The position numbers and the translations under genes were made by a program. DNA of 64,000 bases from Callorhinchus milii (lineage: Eukaryota), in contig NW_024704742.1 in assembly GCF_018977255.1 (NCBI RefSeq), positions 115,074,001 through 115,138,000 on the forward strand. The letters are read 5' to 3'. Under the pieces are notes generated by a model. That model saw nothing but the letters and a program-made list of their open reading frames with translations. It did no database searches and was not told the origin of the DNA. The first letter of the stretch is position 1. Every line of letters begins with the position of its first letter. Shown piece after piece: positions 57,101-64,000 of this stretch.

Positions 57101-60100
57101 TCCCTCCCCTCACCCTGACAAATTGCCCCCTGCTCGGGTCCTGACCCAACTGTTCAGCGCCTTGGGACGTCCTCCCGACGTGAAAGGCGCTCTATAAATG
57201 GAATGTTGTTGTTGTTGTTCCAGAATACCCATCCCATTGCCCACTCCAACCCCCCCACCCCCCATCACAGCATCAAGCTGTTTTTTAAACAGGTTCAGTT
57301 TCCGAGCCCCAACCATCCTTCCTGGCAAAAAGCTGTTAATTATCCTCTGAGTAAAGAGGAACTTTGCAACTTTTTACCTATGTCCTCTTGTTCTGTTGTC
57401 TTGTTGCATCCTAAAATATTGTTCTGGGTTTACTTTTTCAATCTCATTTAAATGTTATACACCTCTATATGGTCCCCTCTGGCAGATCCTCTCTGAACTG
57501 TTCTAGCTCTTAGCTCGTTCCTCTAACCCTGGGGATCATCCTCGTTGCTCTCCTCTGCACTTGCTTTAGGTCCTCATGTAACCTTGACCTGAGCTGTATG
57601 TAGCTCTCTTAGTGTGACCTGACCAGAGCACGATATAACTATAACCTGATATCTGGGGATTTAATCTCAACTGATTTAGGTGCGGGGAGTAAAGATTACA
57701 ACCAATGCTCGCCCAGTATTCAAAATGTGTCTCCTTTCTAGCATGAGCTGCTAGGTAACTGTCAGGATTATAACAATGCCAAAAACAGAAGTCACTGGAA
57801 CACTCAGCAGGTCAGGCAGCATCTATAGAGAAAGGAAAGTGAGTCAATGTTTCGGGTTCATGACACTTTGTCACAACACAAATTACATAATCACTACCCT
57901 TGAAATCCTGTGAAGTGCTTTGAGAAGTCTTCCTGACATGAAAGATTTTTATCAAATCCTATTATTGTAACTGCTGAGGTCAACTGCAGTTTATACCAAT
58001 ATGTTTTACGCCTGCAACCCAGATAAGGTCCATCAACTCATCACAGCAAAGTAAATATTTATGGATACTGGAAGCTATTTGTAAAACATTTGTCTTGAGT
58101 GAAACGTTTGAGTTTGCTTATAAAATACATGGCGCAACAATTTACAGTAAATCCCATGAAGTGCTTTGAGACATCTTCCACCCCGACTTCAAAAAGTACC
58201 ACACAACAGAGCCACTCCCTTCGCTCAGGGAGCGCTGGCCTGCTTCATGTGCTCTGCCCTCCCCTCTACCCGCCACACCATCCATGGCTGGGCTTTCAGC
58301 CTATCTACCCCATCTCGAAGACCCTCCCTTCCTCACCTCATTCAAGGTCTGTCTCTTTGACCATGCCTTTGTTCATCTTTCCCGTCGGCTCCCATACCGA
58401 GCTTGGGTTCACTGAAAGTAAAACATATCCAAAAATGCTCCTTTCCCCTTGTAAGTTCAATTACCAATACTGTGTAAGGTTAAGAGCCTTTGAACATCCT
58501 CATGACATGAAGAGCACAAGATAAATGTTAATTTGTTGTATATTAAATGAAAGTTTTATTACTTAACTTTGGTTGTTTGGCACGTTCACATGGCATTCAG
58601 CAGCAGTCTGGTGATATCGTGTGCAGCCCTAAATTGCTGAAGATGTGAAACGTTCACATAGATTGATACTGGGGAGAAGGTGGGGATTTGCCCTTTTCCC
58701 TTCCAATAGATAACTGCAACCTATTAATAAATTGATGAATGTTGGAGGTTTCACTATTGTTTGAAGCTAGTGCTGTGCTTCCTGGATGAATACCCAATCG
58801 TGTGCCCTTTTATTAATGGTGTTTTTCTACAATTTAGGAAGACGATGAGATTGTAAATAATAAAAATAAACTTAACTTTTATGTTGCAGTTTTCTACCAA
58901 TCTGTTTTTTATAGTCAATTCACACTTGACCAAAGTCTCCAACTTTGCAGACCCGATTGTGTGCCCTTTTATTAACATTACTTTTCTACATTTTAGGAAT
59001 ACGATCGGATTGCAAACGTTTTTCATGAGTATCAGAAGAAAAAGAATGTAAGTATAAAAGAATTTTAAACAAGGCAAATTTTGTTTGTCCAATTTGTTTG
59101 ATAGTGGGATTGATACGATCGTGAGATTCTTCCCATTGTGCTCCTGTTAACCCTGCTAGCTGTGACAAGCAGCAGGAAGCATGCCAGAGAGTGTGTTTAA
59201 TGGCAAGCTATGTGATTTTTCATAGATTAAGCTCCAGCAGTATCCTCAACTCATCACACCCCACCCTTGCCAATCTGCACCTAATATTCTCTGCAAATAG
59301 TTAAGCAGGGTGCTTCTCTTCGGGGGAGAGCAAACATTCCATTTCAACCGGGAGAATTTCCATGTATAGGTGGGATGCATGGAACTGTTTAGTTTGATAC
59401 TCTTAAGTATGGTGATGGGTTTCTGCATGTGTCACATACTGGGATAACCAAAACAAATTAATAGAACTCTTTGGATCGGAAGGTTTTAGGTTTCAGCCCT
59501 ATATCAGAAGTTGAACTTACTAGGGGAGAAGCAGCATTTTTGGAGATCTTGTCCTTTTGAAACCCTGTATGAAACCCACCACCTGCTCCCTTAACCCCAT
59601 CCCTACCCCACTCCTTACCTCCCAGCTCCACCTCCTTGCCCCTCTTCTCACTGACATCGTTAACCTCTCCCCCTGTCCTCTGGTACTGTTCCCACCCCTT
59701 TAAAAAATGCTGTCATCACTCCTATCCTTAAACAACCTTCCCTGGACCCTTCTCTACTCCCTAACTTACGCCCCATCTCCAACCTCCCCTTCCTCTCCAA
59801 GGTTCTGGAACGAGTTGTTGTTTCTCAGCTTTGCTCATTCCTCTCCTGGCACTCCTTCTTGAACCCCTCCAATCAGGCTTCCGTGCCGCCCACAGCACAG
59901 AAACCGCCCAGGTCAAAGTAACAAATGACATTCTGTCCCTCAGCCTCCTTGTCCTCCTCGACCTCTCTGCTGCTTTTGACACCGTCGACCACTCTATCCT
60001 CATCCACCACCTCTCCTCTCACCTCAACCTTCATGGTGCTGTCCTTGATTGGTTCAGATCGTACCTCTCACACCGCCTGCACTTCATCTCCTCAAACGGC

Positions 60101-61486
60101 TTCTTCTCTAGCCCCCGGACCGTCTCTTGCGGCGTCCCTCGGGGCTCTGTCCTTGGTCCCCTCCTCTTCAATATCTATATGCTCCTTCTTGGTGACATCA
60201 TCCACAGACATGGGGTCAACTTCCACATGTATGTGGATGACACCCAATACCTCTCTGCCTTCACCCTTGACTCTGGGACCACTGCTGTCCTGTCAGAATG
60301 TCTGTGAGACATCAAGTCCTGTATGAGAGCTAACTTTCTTCAGTTGAACGTCAACAAGACCGAGGCTGTACTGATTGAGGTTGGGTGACATTAAAGTTCC
60401 CAAGACATTATCTGAAACTGGTTCCTCTTGACCTACAATTCTCTCACTAGATGTATACATAAATTCATAGATTCGTAGAAAGTACAATTTAGAAACAGGC
60501 CATTCGGCCCATCCAGTCTGGCCAGTGCTTATACTCCACATAAGTGCCTATCCTAGATCCTATCCCTAGTTCTCTATTCGGTCCTTTTCCCCATATCCCT
60601 CAATTTCATTCTCCCTCGTCTGTGTGTCCAGCATTTTGTTTAAATGTGCACTCTGCCTCCACCCTCGATTTCAGGATCACTGCTGTCCTTACAGTGGACA
60701 TCAAGTCCTGGATGAGAGCTAACTTCCTGCAGTTGAATGTCAACAAGACTGAAGTCCTCCTGCTTGGCTCCCATCAATGCCTCCATACCTTGGGCGCTGA
60801 AGCATCTCCCTCCACGGATGCACTCTACATCTCATGGAGTCAATATAGAACTTCGGCGTCCTGTTTGACCCTCAACTGTCCTCCATACCCTACATCTGTG
60901 CCATAACTTGCTCTGCCTTTCCTCATCTCCACTTCACGTCCCTGCCTGGCCCAACCCACCATTGGCGGGTGGGCCTTCTGCCACTCTGCCCCCACCATCT
61001 GAAACTCCATCCCGCAGTCCCTCTGCCTCGCCCCCTTCCTTGCCTCCTTCAAGATCCATCTCAAAACCCTCCTCTTTGACCATGCCTTTGATCTCCCTGC
61101 TTCCCCCCCCACCCACTTGCCCTTCACCCTCCCCAATCCCGAACCCCAGCTCGGGTGCGATACATTGATTATCCAGCGCCTTGGGGTGTCCTCCTGATGT
61201 GAAAGGTGCTTTACAAATGTAATTTTTGTTGTGGCAGAGAATTCCACTCTCTCTACCCTGTTTCCAATATCTGGTCACTGCCATTGACAGCAATTATTTT
61301 GAGATGTTTCAGCAGGATAATTTGCTATAAAATGTAAATTCTTTAATGTTTAAATATGTTTGTTTACAGGATCCTGCTTTCTTGGAGAAGAAAGAACGAT
61401 GTGAATATCTGAAAAGCAAACTCTCCCATATCAAGCAAAGGATTCAAGAATATGACAAAGTTATGGACTGGAATGATGGATATTAG
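46905..61486 (+). CDS. MARVELD2: MARVEL domain-containing protein 2 (tricellulin), 6 coding exons, 577 aa
   Basis: Exons 46905-48110, 52465-52500, 54006-54157, 54994-55165, 58997-59047 and 61370-61486 total 1734 nt. [23 protein letters not shown], four-TM MARVEL ([14 protein letters not shown]...[17 protein letters not shown]) and occludin-ELL C-terminus. Confidence 0.97.
51295..51590 (-). mobile_element. CR1 3' end fragment
   Basis: [30 protein letters not shown]; related tails at ~4930-5085, ~11570-11660 and ~60465-60645. Confidence 0.75.
52465..52500 (+). CDS. MARVELD2: MARVELD2 36-nt exon ([12 protein letters not shown])
   Basis: Strong polypyrimidine tract and TAG acceptor, GTAAGT donor, phase 0-0; the human gene has a 36-nt exon at this position (recalled). 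Confidence 0.85.
54006..54157 (+). CDS. MARVELD2: MARVELD2 exon (...[20 protein letters not shown])
   Basis: 152 nt, AG/GT. Confidence 0.93.
54994..55165 (+). CDS. MARVELD2: MARVELD2 exon ([32 protein letters not shown]...)
   Basis: 172 nt; start of the occludin-ELL domain. Confidence 0.95.
56553..57218 (+). mobile_element. Young L2 3' fragment with a small internal deletion
   Basis: Open ORF2 C-terminus [30 protein letters not shown]...; (TTG)n tail. Confidence 0.92.
58997..59047 (+). CDS. MARVELD2: MARVELD2 exon ([17 protein letters not shown])
   Basis: 51 nt, AG/GT. Confidence 0.93.
59560..61232 (+). mobile_element. L2 fragments including a degraded RT core, interrupted by an antisense CR1 tail
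   Basis: [14 protein letters not shown]...[13 protein letters not shown]...[16 protein letters not shown]...MYVDDTQ; segment ~60253-60365 recurs at ~60651-60755; L2 tail at ~61190-61232. Confidence 0.88.
61370..61486 (+). CDS. MARVELD2: MARVELD2 last exon ([38 protein letters not shown])
   Basis: 117 nt to TAG; candidate AATAAA at 62644-62649. Confidence 0.96.
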   Translation, partial: DPAFLEKKERCEYLKSKLSHIKQRIQEYDKVMDWNDGY

Positions 61487-64000
61487 ACACTCAGAATCTG
61501 TTTAGTTTTACTACTTTGACTTTTTTTGTTTCATCTGAACAAAGTTCCATACTCTAACTGCTATTTGAGAAACTAATGTTTCGAACTTTAATGTAACTAC
61601 TTATTTGGTTATTGAATTGTAATTATGACTACTGAATCTGTTTTATCTTATAAATATGGCTTAAATTGATCAGATTGAAAGAATCTTCGAATTGGACTGC
61701 CAGGCACATTCCAACTGGTCCTTAGGTTCTCCTGAGGTAGGGAATGGGAACAGTGCGCAGGCTTCCTGTTTGCAGTCATTATCATGTGATTGAAAGAGCA
61801 TAATCTGATTCAGAAGAGGAGGGACTTATTTTCTAAAGATTGATACTTTTGAATCTGTATGTAATTAGGGAATTTATCAACCTACCTAGCATTAAAGCAA
61901 TAGAGCTGCTGCAATCTAATATGTTGGTGGTTTGATGGGCCGTTCATTACAGACCATCAGCTCTCGATTTCTTTGCTCTCTCAACTCTATTTTGAATCAT
62001 CATTACCAAAATTAGTGGCATTCAAGAGGCCTTATTACAATGCAATTAACCCTTTACCAGGACAGAACCAAAGACTGTCTGTGTTCTTAATAGTAGGATG
62101 TCCAAGTATTCATTTCCTCCAATTTATACAGTTCTGTGAACTCATAATTGATTAAAAGCCTTAAGATGTTTTGTATAAAAAAGCAATTTTAATGTTTTGC
62201 AGGTATTGATGATTTGTTAGTTATCTGTTGATTTAATTCTCATTGACTTGAGCCAGCCCATTGACTTACAGGAGTTGAATGGAAGTTTTTTTTTGCACTA
62301 CTTTAGCTGTGCACATCTAAGTGCCTGACATGCAAAGCTTTATATTTCCCTTCCCTTGATCAAATACTTTAAACTGCAGGTTTAACTTTCTTCCAATTAT
62401 TGTATATAACTTTTTTTTAAAAATGGAATCCAATTCGAATTACCATGCACCACAAGAACTCTACTCTAGAAGTGAGAAATGTCTTGTGTAGTGTCCTTTT
62501 TTGCATAACTCTGATTCTTTATTAAAAGGGGTTAAGAAATCTCACAAACTAGATCCCATTATGTGCTACACAAGTTGACTTTAATATTTTATTAAAAAAA
62601 GTAAAATCTAGTTTTTAAACAATTCTTTTTATGTATGATTGTAAATAAATTTTACAGAAAACAAATTGCTCTGTTGACCATATCAGTACCTTTCAAGAAG
62701 TTAACCAACTGTAGTTTTTAGCTGTTTATTATGCATCAAACTCAGTTCTCCTTTCATTGGTAGAGTATACTGTATTATGGGGTGTGGGTACAAAAGAAAC
62801 TAATATTTTAAGTTTATGGTTTACAACTGGAACCAGTTGATACAATACTGCTCATAACATCAGCTACATCTGTACTGAGAAAAATAAATTGTATCATGGG
62901 TTTTAAATAATTCTTAATCATCTGTCCTGTCTTATTTTGCTCATTTGAGTTTCATACTTGTATTGGAATTCTGTATAGTTGTATACCACAAAACTGAGTT
63001 AATCGAGTTCTTCAATACTAAATATCTTAAGGATGTGTCCTGCTAATGGCCACTGAGAGGGTGCTTTTTCGGGACAGTTAGCATTGAGTGAAGTTTCCAT
63101 CATTCCATCAATTTATTTCTGGAATTTCCATGTATAGTAGGATGCATGGAATTCTCAGTTTGGTTTGGATGCTCTTGCATGGTAACTGGTTTCTGCATGT
63201 GTCTGTCACCTGGCTGACCAAAAAAAGTTTCCACAGGGAAAGAATGCATCTTGCCACTTGTTTAAAAGATGAGAGAGAACCGCTATACCTTTTTTGTGGC
63301 TGGATAATCTAGTGCACTCACATCTCAAGGGATCCATATTTGTAAAAGGTATTCCTGTGATTGTCACAACTGACTAAAAGGGAAATGGAGGCTCCTTGGT
63401 AGGGCAAGATCCCTTGCTCTGTCATTAAGAAATATTGAAGATTAGATCCTCTCAACTAGTACTTTAATGCATTCTTTCTCTCTGGAAACTCCACTCAGTG
63501 GAAATTCCTTGACCATTCCTTCTTCTCAGTGATCATCAGTATGACACTTCCTTATAGATCTCAATTTACTCCATTTGTGGTTTATAACTTTATTGCAAAA
63601 CAAAACCTCACAATTCTGCTCAAGCACTGCCAACTTGTGCTAGGCTCAGAAAATCACCTGTTTTGAGAAATAAATGAACAATGGAAGATCTGTTTTAATA
63701 CTCAAATGGTGTTGCTGTATCTGGGAAGATGTTTGCTGTGTTCCTCACGTTCCTGATCGTGCTTTTTTAAAAGTCCGGCTATTTTATAAGGTGATCCTTT
63801 CTCTTGTGTATATCCACCACTGTGTCTTTCCATTGCAGCCTTTTTTTCATCAACCGATAAGCAAAATATCCAGGAATTTCAGCCCAGTGCTCTATTTCCA
63901 CTGCTTCCATCACAGCCCCATGTCTTCAGATTCCAGTCTGTTGATGTCATTCAAAATGGAATAACAGAACCTACTATAAAATCCAAAAGACTCTCATCCC

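Noticed and set aside
61487..64000. OCLN, expected next by synteny
   Set aside because: No occludin coding sequence or CpG island is visible; it presumably lies beyond the window.

Overview
Vertebrate genomic DNA. The DeuSINE/SacSINE-like, CR1 and L2 repeat content suggests a cartilaginous fish (inference). The window covers the conserved syntenic block CCDC125(-, 5' part only) - AK6(-) - RAD17(+) - MARVELD2/tricellulin(+). I reconstructed by hand, with consistent splice phases, complete spliced CDSs for AK6 (5 exons, 172 aa), RAD17 (16 coding exons, 677 aa) and MARVELD2 (6 coding exons, 577 aa). The most striking structure is a ~9.5 kb inverted duplication (1465-11001) centred exactly on a 25-N gap. 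It duplicates the first coding exon of CCDC125 and is more likely an assembly or haplotype artefact than biology. Smaller oddities: a perfect 20-bp hairpin beside the 36-nt MARVELD2 exon; a duplicated in-frame decoy acceptor before the penultimate MARVELD2 exon; a SINE inserted into a RAD17 3' splice site; a GC-AG intron and an overlapping uORF in RAD17; a CpG-rich satellite with palindromic units; a 1.5-kb inverted L2 pair in AK6 intron 1; no TAF9 ORF in the AK6 locus; and a dispersed repeat family I cannot name. I found no convincing evidence of a novel multi-gene biological system. Homology statements rest on recalled human sequences, not on database searches.
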